The notes under the pieces are model-generated. The model saw only the letters and a program-made list of their open reading frames with translations, searched no databases and was not told where the DNA came from. Shown piece after piece: positions 1 through 9,610 of a stretch of 47,026 nucleotides of DNA. Position 1 is the stretch's first letter. Every line of letters begins with the position of its first letter. This stretch comes from a virus. Lineage: Duplodnaviria; Caudoviricetes. The DNA lies in the IMG/VR virus record IMGVR_UViG_3300017747_003292, positions 1 to 47,026 of that record. One strand, written 5' to 3'. The position numbers and the translations under genes were made by a program.

Positions 1-123
1 AAACGATCCAGTTGCTTGTGTATTTGGTGTAAGATAAATCTCAGGAGTAAAATTAAATCCACTCCCACTCGTTGGTGTCAATCCACCAGCCGACCCAGTA
101 TCAGCCTCGTTCCAAGCATAGGT
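1..123. repeat. Terminal direct repeat, copy 1 (circular assembly overlap)
   Basis: Bases 1-123 (aaacgatcca...agcataggt) are identical to 46904-47026, and a minus-strand ORF reads in frame across the join. Confidence 0.97.
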
Positions 124-1362
124 GTAGGTTGGTGTTCCACCAGCAGCAGTGATTGTTACTTGGCCCCGAATTCGATAGCTTCCTGTGGGGAGTCCAACAT
201 AACGTTCCACTGTAAGAATTCCATTTGCGAAACTTGCGCGACCAAGTGCTGTCTCACCAAGAACAATATTGGTTCCAATCGTTGTAGTCAAAGCTGTTCC
301 ACTACTTGAACTTCCACCAGTAGTTCCACCACCAGTTTCAGTGACAGTAAGGTCCAACGCAACTGCAATATCATAGTCCAACGGCGCATACACCAACACA
401 TTGATGCCATCACTCGTTGCCGTATACCCATGATCACTACTAAAATCATTTATCGCCGTCACAATAGCGGTTGCCGTCAATGTCGCACTCCCCGCTGCTG
501 TCACCGCTCCACCACACAAATCCACCAACGGTGTTGTTGCAGTAGATTGTGCCGGTGCCTGCACCTGAAAGGTTCCAGCATTATTCGTAATGGAGAACTT
601 GGCCACCGCCTTTGTTCCTTCCACATCCTCATCCACCCTCGGAAATTGTCTCATCCCAAACACACCCGCAGTGGAACTTACCGTCAAATCTCCACCAAAA
701 TAATCCGCCACTGGACTCTTCACCATCGTCGACCCCGCCTGCGCTGCTGCATTTTCATCCACATTTGCCACCGTCTCCCACCCTATCGTTCCAAATTGTC
801 TATCCAAATCATCAGACAAATCACTAACAGTATTCCGACCATATAGAACCAAACCATTGGAAGACTGCTGAACGTGAGTGCCATCATAGTAGAGAAATTC
901 ATTACCATCTGCAAAGCCAGCAACCGCGAGAGTCTTACCATTATACACATCGGCAAAAACTAAACTTGTCATTCTATGCTTAGTATTATCATAAGAAATT
1001 GAAGTATCATTAACCAGCGTTGGATGCTTCAACTGTTGATAAACAGCTGTAAGATAAATCTGTGAAAGCGCACTTGCAAGCACAGGTTGTGACTGTGTTG
1101 GCGTAGTTCCAGCAGCCAATGCGGAACCAAAGACATAAAAACTTGTATCTACAAAAGTTCCGGGATAAAGTGAAACTTGAGAATATGTGGTATCTAAGAC
1201 ATTATAGTCATCCAAATCATTAAACTTACCTCTTTTAATAACATCCCCACCCTCATTCACATACCCATTCTTCAAATCCACCAACGTCCCCACCACGCTC
1301 GAAAGCTGTTCCCTTCTAGTGTCCAACCCATACTTAAAACTCGGAATGAGAAACTCAGCCAT
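1..1362 (-). CDS. Tail nozzle/stabilization-like protein, 5' part; continues across the junction at 46903-46811 (about 484 aa total)
   Basis: Absent from the ORF track because it crosses the end. ATG at 1362 gives MAEFLIPSFKYGLDTRREQLSSVVGTLVDLKNGYVNEGGDVIKRGKF..., open to base 1. The N-terminus resembles podovirus gp10/tail tubular B starts, followed by Thr/Gly-rich beta domains. Confidence 0.75.
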   Translation of the reverse strand, partial: MAEFLIPSFKYGLDTRREQLSSVVGTLVDLKNGYVNEGGDVIKRGKFNDLDDYNVLDTTYSQVSLYPGTFVDTSFYVFGSALAAGTTPTQSQPVLASALSQIYLTAVYQQLKHPTLVNDTSISYDNTKHRMTSLVFADVYNGKTLAVAGFADGNEFLYYDGTHVQQSSNGLVLYGRNTVSDLSDDLDRQFGTIGWETVANVDENAAAQAGSTMVKSPVADYFGGDLTVSSTAGVFGMRQFPRVDEDVEGTKAVAKFSITNNAGTFQVQAPAQSTATTPLVDLCGGAVTAAGSATLTATAIVTAINDFSSDHGYTATSDGINVLVYAPLDYDIAVALDLTVTETGGGTTGGSSSSGTALTTTIGTNIVLGETALGRASFANGILTVERYVGLPTGSYRIRGQVTITAAGGTPTYTYAWNEADTGSAGGLTPTSGSGFNFTPEIYLTPNTQATGSF

Positions 1363-1363
1363 A

Positions 1364-1621
1364 CTATTCTTGCCCTTCTTTCTTCGCTTGGTGTTTTGCA
1401 AACGCCGTAGACCTATACATTTTAATCGACGCAACCAATGAGGCTCCAGAACCAATCACCCAGTTGAGCCAAAACTTAGTCATAGGTTCAATATATTTAG
1501 CAGCCTCATCACCACCAAAATATGCTTGATTAAAAGTAAACCAAGCAATAAGCGCATACAACAACCCATCAATAAACACTGATGGAATTGTTGTGAAGTA
1601 TTTATGAAGATAAGCTATCAT
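1364..1621 (-). CDS. Putative holin (2 TM)
   Basis: 85 aa with two hydrophobic helices and a basic C-tail, located after the tail/receptor genes. Confidence 0.55.
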   Translation of the reverse strand: MIAYLHKYFTTIPSVFIDGLLYALIAWFTFNQAYFGGDEAAKYIEPMTKFWLNWVIGSGASLVASIKMYRSTAFAKHQAKKEGQE

Positions 1622-1926
1622 GGTGATTTGAAAAAGATTGCTGCAAGTTTACTTCCAAAGAAACTCATCAACGCGCTAACTACGCCAACCACCGCAACGA
1701 GCTTTGCCTTAAACACGGTCATTTCTTCGCGGTGTTTATTGAGTCTGGCGAGTTCGCTCTCGGTTATCGCCTTGAATTCCTTATGGTCACGAATCAACCC
1801 GCCCTGGCCCTGTGCTCCGAAAATGGTCGTGTGCATCTCGCCAACCTTCTGATTCGTGTCCCGCGAATTTTGAATTAGCTCACTAATCAAGTCATCGTTC
1901 ATTTTCCCCAAGTCCCCTTCTTTCAT
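1618..1926 (-). CDS. Coiled-coil plus C-terminal TM protein (holin/XhlA-like)
   Basis: Soluble helical N-part, then LVAVVGVVSALMSFFG. Overlaps both neighbours by 4 nt. Confidence 0.5.
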   Translation of the reverse strand: MKEGDLGKMNDDLISELIQNSRDTNQKVGEMHTTIFGAQGQGGLIRDHKEFKAITESELARLNKHREEMTVFKAKLVAVVGVVSALMSFFGSKLAAIFFKSP

Positions 1927-2321
1927 TGTAGTTGTGTGCTTAACCTCACCCGAATCATCGCGTTGGATTTAACCTCGCGCATCACTTGCGCCGTCTCAAC
2001 GGCGGCCCAGCCGTTACCGGTGTTCTCTTCAAAGTTCGCAATCACGTTGAAGATTCGAATCTCCACCGGCTCAGAGTTGGTATTGAACCCCATCGTGCGC
2101 ACTGTGACGGGCTGGCTGAATCCAAATGGGAAATTCTCAACGGTGTATTCCGTGATATGCAGCGGTAGCTGAGCGGTCTGCTGCGGTCCCCATTGCAGCT
2201 CGTAGCCAATCGCGTCCGTGAGGCTCAAGGGCGCATCCCAACGAAATGTTGCCGCTCTCGGCATTGGTTGAGCCGAGCACCACGCCAGCGACAACATCCA
2301 GATTGCCAGCGCGACTCTCAT
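1923..2321 (-). CDS. Signal-peptide protein with fibronectin-III-like domain
   Basis: MRVALAIWMLSLAWCSA|Q; FN3-like pattern TFRWDAP...GYELQWG...YTVENF...NSEP. Confidence 0.55.
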   Translation of the reverse strand: MRVALAIWMLSLAWCSAQPMPRAATFRWDAPLSLTDAIGYELQWGPQQTAQLPLHITEYTVENFPFGFSQPVTVRTMGFNTNSEPVEIRIFNVIANFEENTGNGWAAVETAQVMREVKSNAMIRVRLSTQLQ

Positions 2322-3823
2322 CGGATGACCACTCCACCACGCAGCTCAACGCGGTTCAAGGTTGCTGAGATGCGGGAAGACCCACGCAACGGATGCCGAT
2401 AGGCCAGTGCGGTATATCCAGCTTTCGCGCTGTTGAACCAGTAGGTGTTTTCAACAATCAGCGGTGTGCCGGTATTGATTGCCGCAACCGCACCGCCCGA
2501 CGTATTGCCCCACGCATAATAGGGATCAATCGCGGAGTCGGGAGAAGTGGGCGTTCCTAACGCGTTAATCAAAGTGCCTTGTCCAAGTCCGGGCATATCC
2601 AATATCTTCGTGACGAGATTTATTTCGTAGGTGTTTCCGATGCTGAAACTCAAATCGGGATCTGTGTATCCATCAATGTCCGCTTGGAATGTCAGCGTTG
2701 TGGCCGTGTTCGCTGTAATCATCGACGCCAGAAAGGTCGTGGTGTTGCGGACAATGTAGCCCTTCCACTGGTCTGTCGTCCACGACTTGCCGCTATCAGT
2801 CATCGTCAACGTTCCGACGCTAGATGCCGTTCCTGTTACCAACGGATTTCCTGCATCGTTCTTGTCCCACGCATTGGTTCCGTTGGCTTGCTTCCACGAA
2901 AATGAAGAATCGTCCGTAGCCCTGAAAGCGGACATGTGAACGATGTTCGTTCCATTCCAGCTTGTGAGCGTGTTGGAATAGACCAGCCCTGTTCCTGAAC
3001 GCACCAACAGTAATTGCGACACTGAACCGTCACCAACAAACGTATTCATATACGCTTCGATTGCTCTTGTTCCGCGCTGGAATGTGCCAGAATCAGCTCC
3101 GTGCATTCCCAGCCGACTGTTTGAATCTGTGTTATAGCGGAACACCCAACGCGCTCCCCGGTCACTATCCATTGATTCGTAGAGCGATCCGCTCTTGGTA
3201 ATAACATTATCCTCAATCACCCAAAACTTATCCGTTCCAAAGTGAGTTGCCTCTGCCCATGGAAGATCGTTTTGGTGGCTTATGATATGGCTGAACTGGT
3301 TCATGGTGCGCCGAAACACGCACGAGTGGGTAACCCCGAACGCGCCGTAAACGCGAATGACCCCGGCGTCCTGCGTCACCGCATTGAAGTAGCAGTTGTC
3401 GATCACCGCTCGCGCCGTGGAGTCGATGCCAAACGGAGCTTCGACGTAGATTGTGCCACCATCCGCTGTGCCTGATTTCGTGCTAGCTCCGTCCGCAAAT
3501 TGAATGCCAGTGATTCGAGTTGTTTTGTTCGTCACCGGAAACACGGCGATCACTGCTCTGTTACTCCAACAACAGCCGCCCGTGGGAATGCTGTCTTGAA
3601 TGATCGTCGAATTTGTTCCGCTGCCTTGAAGCGTGATTGCCTTGAGAACCACCAAGGGAGAGGTCCAATCCGAAGTGCCTGCTGGAATGACAACCGTGTC
3701 ACCGTCCGATGCGCTGGCAATGGCAGTGGCAACGTCAGCGGTTGACGTGCTCGCAGCGTTGATCGTTGCTGCCTCAACCGTTGGAGCAAAACAGAGAAGC
3801 AGTATAAGAAAAAGATTTTTCAT
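2318..3823 (-). CDS. Right-handed beta-helix protein with signal peptide (tailspike/depolymerase-like)
   Basis: MKNLFLILLLCFAPTVEA|A; 'DVATAIASASDGDTVVIPAGT...KAITLQGSG' beta-helix cap and repeated xxDN/YN strands. Confidence 0.7.
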   Translation of the reverse strand: MKNLFLILLLCFAPTVEAATINAASTSTADVATAIASASDGDTVVIPAGTSDWTSPLVVLKAITLQGSGTNSTIIQDSIPTGGCCWSNRAVIAVFPVTNKTTRITGIQFADGASTKSGTADGGTIYVEAPFGIDSTARAVIDNCYFNAVTQDAGVIRVYGAFGVTHSCVFRRTMNQFSHIISHQNDLPWAEATHFGTDKFWVIEDNVITKSGSLYESMDSDRGARWVFRYNTDSNSRLGMHGADSGTFQRGTRAIEAYMNTFVGDGSVSQLLLVRSGTGLVYSNTLTSWNGTNIVHMSAFRATDDSSFSWKQANGTNAWDKNDAGNPLVTGTASSVGTLTMTDSGKSWTTDQWKGYIVRNTTTFLASMITANTATTLTFQADIDGYTDPDLSFSIGNTYEINLVTKILDMPGLGQGTLINALGTPTSPDSAIDPYYAWGNTSGGAVAAINTGTPLIVENTYWFNSAKAGYTALAYRHPLRGSSRISATLNRVELRGGVVIR

Positions 3824-4593
3824 TGCGGGTCAGCGACGATGGCCGAAAGGCTTGATGAAACGTCAGAAGAATAAACGCGCACGTCGTCAACCCTGCCATC
3901 CATAAATGCGGAGGCGGAAGCGCGGGCACCGACATAAAACGTATAAGTGGAGAGATTTCCCGATCCGATCTTGTTGTTCGATGTCAGGCTTTCAGACTGA
4001 AGCACACCATCGAAGTAAATTTTAATGTCTCCGGTCGCCGTTGAATTGTCGTAAACGACCGCGACATGCACCCACGTTCCAGTTGCTGGCGCAGCGACTT
4101 CTTCGGTGCGAAAGTTCGCTGCATTTCCGCTTACGCCTGCGTAGAATACAGATGTATCGGTGTAAGCGATGAATCCGTAGTTGTTAGCACTATAGCTCGC
4201 TGATGATTCCCACAATACTTTACTCGCGCCAGAAACTACGTCCCAGTAAACCCACGCACACACCGTGATTATGCTGGAGCCGAAGGCAATTGTGGAAGTT
4301 GTCGCGGCGTCATCGCTATTACCGGGGATGAAGTCTAGGCATGAGCCTGATCCTGACTTGCCAGTCAACCACGCTGCGTCAGTTGTCCCATCATCAGAGA
4401 TTGCCGCGCTCCCGGCGATTGTGGTTCCGCTTCCTTCGTTTAACTTCCACCAGACTAGCTCTGGCTCTGGAGAAGTTGCCGCAGCAGCAGGCCTCGCACT
4501 CATCAGTGCGCGACGACGGGAGGATTGCGCATCGGTTGTGAAACAAACTGCAATTAGCAGGGCGGAGAGAATGAGGATACGGTTCATGGCCAT
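3820..4593 (-). CDS. LamG/concanavalin-A-like lectin domain protein with signal peptide
   Basis: WWKLNEGSG, ITVCAWVY, WVHVAVVYD, IYFDG and MDGRVDDVRVYS are LamG signatures. The N-terminus is hydrophobic. Confidence 0.85.
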   Translation of the reverse strand: MAMNRILILSALLIAVCFTTDAQSSRRRALMSARPAAAATSPEPELVWWKLNEGSGTTIAGSAAISDDGTTDAAWLTGKSGSGSCLDFIPGNSDDAATTSTIAFGSSIITVCAWVYWDVVSGASKVLWESSASYSANNYGFIAYTDTSVFYAGVSGNAANFRTEEVAAPATGTWVHVAVVYDNSTATGDIKIYFDGVLQSESLTSNNKIGSGNLSTYTFYVGARASASAFMDGRVDDVRVYSSDVSSSLSAIVADPQ

Positions 4594-6896
4594 GCAAAGT
4601 AGGAGTAAACGACTTGAACATTAGTGCCTTGTTGCCGCCCTGAAATCTCAAGACGCGTTGCATTGGTCAACACGCTTGGCGCGTTGGTTCCGTAGGTTCC
4701 GGCGAATCGATAGCGATTCGTCACAGCGGAAAATTCCAGCGTCCGATCTGAGCCGCTGCCGTTGGTGATGTTGCATGACCAGTAGTCAACAAGCGAGTCG
4801 CTGTAACCCATCACAGCCCGAATGCTGACGTTCGTGAATCCGTTGATGTAAACTTCAGGTTGCGTCGAGAGCAGTGTGAAGTTGGTGTTAGCTCCACCGA
4901 CTCCAGAGATTGCTGTTGGAGTAAATCGAATATTTCCATTCGTCAGCACATGCTGGCCGCTCGCAGTGCTCATAATCACCAGCGGCTGTCCTACCGTTAC
5001 TGTTCCGCGATCAATCTGAACATCATTCGTGCTGCCCGTTGCCGCTGGAGAATTCGTGGCGCGGGTGAAGGCCATCATGTCGCCTTGAAATGAACTAAGA
5101 CCCATCATTGGGATAGACGCATTACCAACCACCGAAACAGCTCCAGTTACAGTAAGCCCGCCACCAACAATGGCATTGGAGCTGAGATAAAGCCGCTTCC
5201 AAAGAGTTGTGGTTCTTCCAAGGTCTAAGTGATGTGTTATATTTGGTGAAAGATGATTAGTTCCTAAATCAACAGTCCCATCAACCACTCCAACATTTGA
5301 AAAAGTAAACTGCGCCTGACTTCCAAGAGGACCAACTACAGTCATTCCGTTAATTACCATCTTGTTTGTAAAAGACGAGCCGCCACCCTGGTATCCAACA
5401 GATATTGAAGGAGAACTATTAACCGCCCAAATAGTTAAGTCTTCCCCTGCTTCGTCATAGACAAAGGTGTTCGTTCCATCAAAAGCTCCTCCAGTATTAT
5501 ACTGCACTGAAGTAGCCACGCCACCCGGACTTCCGCTTCCACTCGCAGTCAACGTCCCTCCGCTCAGAGACAGCCCTGAAAGCGTTGCTGTTTTCACTTC
5601 ACCATACGCGCCGATGTAAGGGATGGTGTTGGTGGTAAGGTGCCCCAGCCGCAACTCAGTCTGGTCGAGGTTGTTGATTCTGCCGTTCGATGCAATGTCT
5701 TCATAAACAACCGTCGCGCCACTGCCACGGATGGAGTTTGCCGAGAGCGTTACGTTGGTTACGAACTGGCCAATCTGGATAATCTCAGCCGTGCCGTCAG
5801 AGTGATTATTAACAAATGTCGGATTGAGATTAGTGACTCCAGAGAACACTGTTCCACTAGCAGCAAACATGATTGGGACGGCTGCACTAAAGTTTACAAA
5901 CTTGTTTCCACTGTAAAGCGCATCGCGTCCGTTCTCTTGTGAAATACCATAACTCATCGTGCCGCTGCTATACTTGAAGATTGAGTCCGTCACGCGCACA
6001 TTCGGGAAATTTGTGCTGATGAAGATTGGTTCACCACCACCAAATACGCCGAAGTTACAGTCGTTGATGTCGAAATGATTCTGAGCGCGGTCGCTGGAGA
6101 TTGGTGCACCGGAAACCAGAATGCCTTTCGCACCAGCGTCCTTAGTCACAAACCAACAGTGGTCAGCGTAAGCCCAGTGCATGTAGTTGGTGGATGCCAG
6201 CTCAATACCCGCCCGCTTGAATCCAGTTGTCTCCATGTCGCGAAACACCGGCTCTGCGCAATCGACAATCTTCACGCCTACTCCATTCGCTCCAGCGTTG
6301 TCGCCCTCAATGCGGATGTCCTTGAACCGATTGATGCCACCGCTTCCGATTGTAGTGGTGCCGACTTGGAACACTGGGCCATTCAAAGCAGCGGTTGCGC
6401 GGATGACGGTCACAGGATTTCCGCCGCCACGAATGATGCCCCAGTTCGTGATCGTGATGGTCGCATCTGCCGAGTAGCTATTCGAATAATACGGATTGGG
6501 ATGAATGAAGATGTCGAATCCCGTTACCGCTCGATTAACAATCGACTGCATCAGCCCGCTGAAACTCGTCGAATTCGTCACGATTCCAAGCCCGCGATTC
6601 GCCGCGAAGAGAGAGTTGCTCACGGTCGGGCTGCCCCAGATTTCCCATGAGTTCCACTTATTCGTATACGTTCCAGTTCCATTAAGGTTCGTTAATAGGG
6701 CCGTTCCACCCTGTGCACTCAACGCCACATTAGTTCCAACAATGGTTGAATTCGCCAAGGTGTATGGTGTAACATACTTAAAACGATTTACACCCGTGTT
6801 AACCTCAGTCTGCGTTGCGGGAGGAGGAACAACTTGCGCCACCAAGCCTTGTTTCAAAATGAAACAAGACATTAAGATTAGAAAATGTTTATTCAT
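4584..6896 (-). CDS. Tail fibre/tailspike with pectate-lyase-like beta helix
   Basis: About 770 aa, T/N/G-rich, with a beta-helix region (IIRGGGNPVTVI..FKDIRIEG) and a 'SVQYNTGGAFDG' fibre motif. The likely start is MNKHFLIL at 6896 (the track starts at 6905). Confidence 0.7.
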   Translation of the reverse strand: MNKHFLILMSCFILKQGLVAQVVPPPATQTEVNTGVNRFKYVTPYTLANSTIVGTNVALSAQGGTALLTNLNGTGTYTNKWNSWEIWGSPTVSNSLFAANRGLGIVTNSTSFSGLMQSIVNRAVTGFDIFIHPNPYYSNSYSADATITITNWGIIRGGGNPVTVIRATAALNGPVFQVGTTTIGSGGINRFKDIRIEGDNAGANGVGVKIVDCAEPVFRDMETTGFKRAGIELASTNYMHWAYADHCWFVTKDAGAKGILVSGAPISSDRAQNHFDINDCNFGVFGGGEPIFISTNFPNVRVTDSIFKYSSGTMSYGISQENGRDALYSGNKFVNFSAAVPIMFAASGTVFSGVTNLNPTFVNNHSDGTAEIIQIGQFVTNVTLSANSIRGSGATVVYEDIASNGRINNLDQTELRLGHLTTNTIPYIGAYGEVKTATLSGLSLSGGTLTASGSGSPGGVATSVQYNTGGAFDGTNTFVYDEAGEDLTIWAVNSSPSISVGYQGGGSSFTNKMVINGMTVVGPLGSQAQFTFSNVGVVDGTVDLGTNHLSPNITHHLDLGRTTTLWKRLYLSSNAIVGGGLTVTGAVSVVGNASIPMMGLSSFQGDMMAFTRATNSPAATGSTNDVQIDRGTVTVGQPLVIMSTASGQHVLTNGNIRFTPTAISGVGGANTNFTLLSTQPEVYINGFTNVSIRAVMGYSDSLVDYWSCNITNGSGSDRTLEFSAVTNRYRFAGTYGTNAPSVLTNATRLEISGRQQGTNVQVVYSYFAWP
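6850..6866. repeat. parS-like palindrome copy 1 (intragenic)
   Basis: TGTTTCA-AAA-TGAAACA. Confidence 0.9.
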
Positions 6897-7584
6897 AAAC
6901 AGCACGAATATAAGAAGTGCCAGTATTAAAGTTATGCGAATTTACCTCTGCGCCATCTGCAAATTTTACAGTGCACCCATCTCGTTCAGTAGGATCGAAT
7001 TTTAGCAATCGAAAACCGTCTCTTCCAAAATACTTAGAAACAGTTAACCCATCTCCAACCGAGAATGACAAAAGGCTCTGAGTGTCGTCTCCAATAGAAC
7101 CAGTATCCTGTGCAAACAAATGTGCATACAAAGTTCCGCCGGAACCATTCTTAACAGAAAGTTGTAAAAGGCGTTTAGGTCCAGTTGAATTATCCCAAAT
7201 AGACCTAACACCAGAAACGTTAGTAGTTAAATCCCCCACCAACGTAGTATCTGCTCCAACCGGAAAATCAGTCTCCACAATCACAGTGGCATCCACTCCT
7301 TGATTAGTCAATGCCGTATAGTTCACATTTGTCGAACTAACCGCAATTGTAAGTTCACTCAAACAAATTGGATCAACAGGTTTCCAATCAAAAGGTGCAC
7401 TTGCAGGAGCAAAGATACTAGCCACAGCCGGAACATCGGCAGCGGCCAAACTTGCAAGTGGCTTCTCATGGAACTGAATATAGTTGTCCGCCGTATGGTT
7501 ATTGTTCCCAAACACCTGCACCACCCTGCATGGCCCATAGGCCACCCACTTTGCCTCATCCGTAATCAAAAGTTTTATTTTCAT
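6889..7584 (-). CDS. Virion structural protein, possibly two tandem beta-sandwich domains
   Basis: 231 aa within the structural operon. The two halves share a pattern (GPCRVVQVFGNN / GPKRLLQLSVKN). Confidence 0.5.
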   Translation of the reverse strand: MKIKLLITDEAKWVAYGPCRVVQVFGNNNHTADNYIQFHEKPLASLAAADVPAVASIFAPASAPFDWKPVDPICLSELTIAVSSTNVNYTALTNQGVDATVIVETDFPVGADTTLVGDLTTNVSGVRSIWDNSTGPKRLLQLSVKNGSGGTLYAHLFAQDTGSIGDDTQSLLSFSVGDGLTVSKYFGRDGFRLLKFDPTERDGCTVKFADGAEVNSHNFNTGTSYIRAVYE

Positions 7585-7586
7585 AA

Positions 7587-8303
7587 TTAAGTCACCGCAA
7601 TTATCTTCACCGCCTCAGCATCCTGATACCTAGGTTTCCCAAACACAAAATTCCCGTCAATCACCGGCATAGACCCTCGAAGGAAATTCAACCTATCCAC
7701 TGCCCGTTTCATCATCAAAGGTGCATTCTTCTGTTCCCGCATCGCAAGGATGTCAGCGGCCACGCTATACACCAGCAAGAGATGGTCTAAATCCGCCTTG
7801 TCAGAATCTGAGGCCAGTGCCTGAACTACGCGTTGTCCAGTAAACCTTAGTGTTTGAGTAGTAACTGGCACTGGCCAAATCTCGATCTCGTCAGGATTGG
7901 AGGTTTCATTTGCATTGGTGACTACTTGCCACTTCTGAATAGGGTCTTGTGCTTCTGTGGTTCCCTCTCGGCAGTTGTAGTCTTCCAACATGATCCCGTA
8001 TTGCACAGGCTCATAGTAGCTATTGAACAAACGTGACACCACCAAAGGGCGTTCAAAGTTAATAGTAACACTCTGTCCCCTCGTATCACTCGTGGGTATA
8101 TCAAAATACCTCCCACCCGCCGTGCAACTCAAATCCCAATCATGTTTTAGAAAGTTCCAATCCCACTGAGAGGACAACTCCAGTTGCTTGCTTGATAACA
8201 GATAGTTATACTCCGTATCAAGAGCAGTGTTCGTTTCCTGCACATCTCGAATCTCCGCTTTAAGCAGAGCACGAACTGTTGAAAGAAGTTGTCCTCTTGC
8301 CAT
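7587..8303 (-). CDS. Head-tail adaptor / tail tubular protein A-like
   Basis: 238 aa with WDWNFL, IEIWPVP and HLLLVYSVAA motifs typical of podovirus adaptors, positioned after the capsid genes. Confidence 0.7.
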   Translation of the reverse strand: MARGQLLSTVRALLKAEIRDVQETNTALDTEYNYLLSSKQLELSSQWDWNFLKHDWDLSCTAGGRYFDIPTSDTRGQSVTINFERPLVVSRLFNSYYEPVQYGIMLEDYNCREGTTEAQDPIQKWQVVTNANETSNPDEIEIWPVPVTTQTLRFTGQRVVQALASDSDKADLDHLLLVYSVAADILAMREQKNAPLMMKRAVDRLNFLRGSMPVIDGNFVFGKPRYQDAEAVKIIAVT

Positions 8304-8306
8304 ATT

Positions 8307-8879
8307 TTAACCTTGAAGCGCGGCTGCACCCACCAAGAAGTGATCATGCTGCCCAGCATTGAGTTTTAGATTGGTCCACTCACCCAAAGTCTGATGCTCT
8401 TGTTCATTCTTTGGGTCGAAATTAGGAAACTCCACCGGAATAGAGGGAATGTTTCCCGGGTAGAATTTGTTCACAACCAATTGGTTGTATTTGCCAGTCA
8501 ACCTTGCCCGCTCACCAGCCGGAGAAAGATTCCGAATCCCCATCACGTGCTGAAGACCATTGATCCTACCCTGATAAGATTCAATCTTGGTCTGCAAGGT
8601 GATACTTCTCTTCTCTCGAACTTCTTCGGTGATGTTTTCCACCTCACCAAGCTCATCCAAAAGGGTTTCAAGCTTCGAGAGTTCATCCTGCAAACTCTTC
8701 AAAGCCATCTCATTCGCCTTGATGTCAATCTGCTCGAACTTGATAATAGGCATCCCGCCTGCATTCCCACTATGCATCGCACAGAGCAACATCACTTCTG
8801 CTGGAGTTACATGTTTCAGTGCTACAGTCGCACCTATTTTGTCCAGCTTCAAGACTATATTAGCAATCGGTTGTTTCAT
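8307..8879 (-). CDS. Hypothetical protein with central coiled coil
   Basis: 190-aa ORF tightly packed in the operon. Confidence 0.65.
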   Translation of the reverse strand: MKQPIANIVLKLDKIGATVALKHVTPAEVMLLCAMHSGNAGGMPIIKFEQIDIKANEMALKSLQDELSKLETLLDELGEVENITEEVREKRSITLQTKIESYQGRINGLQHVMGIRNLSPAGERARLTGKYNQLVVNKFYPGNIPSIPVEFPNFDPKNEQEHQTLGEWTNLKLNAGQHDHFLVGAAALQG

Positions 8880-8936
8880 AAGGAAGGTGCCCCGTTAAGA
8901 CTTTTAGCCACGGGGCCACAGCTTGGTTATGTGGCT

Positions 8937-8953
8937 TGTTTCAAAATGAAACA
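8937..8953. repeat. parS-like palindrome copy 2
   Basis: TGTTTCA-AAA-TGAAACA; 23 bp identical to the copy 1 context. Confidence 0.9.
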
Positions 8954-8956
8954 AGA

Positions 8957-9586
8957 CTACGGACGGAATCCAGTCAGGTCGAGGTCGGTGATAGAGATGC
9001 CACCAGTGAAGTCCGTATCAGCATTCACAATTGAACGAATACGGCAACCCTTTGCACCAGCCCAGTTAACAGCCTTCACGATGTTTGTTGAGAACGTCAC
9101 AGCACCGGCTGCCGAAGTTACAACAAACGAGAAGTCATGCGTATCAGCAACAAACGTGCTACCATCATCTGGAATGTCTTTCCAGAAAGGCGTCACTGTA
9201 AACGTGATGGAAGCATTTGCACCAGAACCACCAATCAATTTACCACTAATAGTAAACGGACTGATATTCAGGAAGTTCGTAGTGCCAATTGGTCCAACAT
9301 AGATTTGAGAAATAGGAACATTACCATTCCTGTCACTCCACAATTGAACATCACGCACCAGTTTCGCCGTGTTTCCAGCATTCGTAACCAACACAGCAGT
9401 TCCCGCATTATTCGTCCAACGGGTGCCAAAGATATTGGTCATTCCCGCATACATAGTAATGTTAGAAATTGCTGCCACGTTAGAAACTTGCAACGACTTC
9501 ACATTCAAGAAACTCTGAGAGATGTGGGATTGAGCACTCGCTCCCACAGTCACCAAAGCCAACGCCAAAGTAATAAGATATTTCAT
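8957..9586 (-). CDS. Signal-peptide beta-rich protein following the capsid gene (possible decoration protein)
   Basis: MKYLITLALALVTVGASA|Q is a clear Sec-type signal, with an AAGGA upstream. Function is inferred from position only. Confidence 0.6.
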   Translation of the reverse strand: MKYLITLALALVTVGASAQSHISQSFLNVKSLQVSNVAAISNITMYAGMTNIFGTRWTNNAGTAVLVTNAGNTAKLVRDVQLWSDRNGNVPISQIYVGPIGTTNFLNISPFTISGKLIGGSGANASITFTVTPFWKDIPDDGSTFVADTHDFSFVVTSAAGAVTFSTNIVKAVNWAGAKGCRIRSIVNADTDFTGGISITDLDLTGFRP

Positions 9587-9610
9587 ATTCTTTTATTCCT
9601 TTCGTTCAGA

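Noticed and set aside
1-123. 123-bp repeat as a biological terminal repeat
   Set aside because: It lies mid-gene and the ORF reads through it, which points to an assembly overlap of a circular or permuted sequence.
1923-6900. Diversity-generating retroelement acting on receptor genes
   Set aside because: No reverse transcriptase and no template/variable repeat pair seen.
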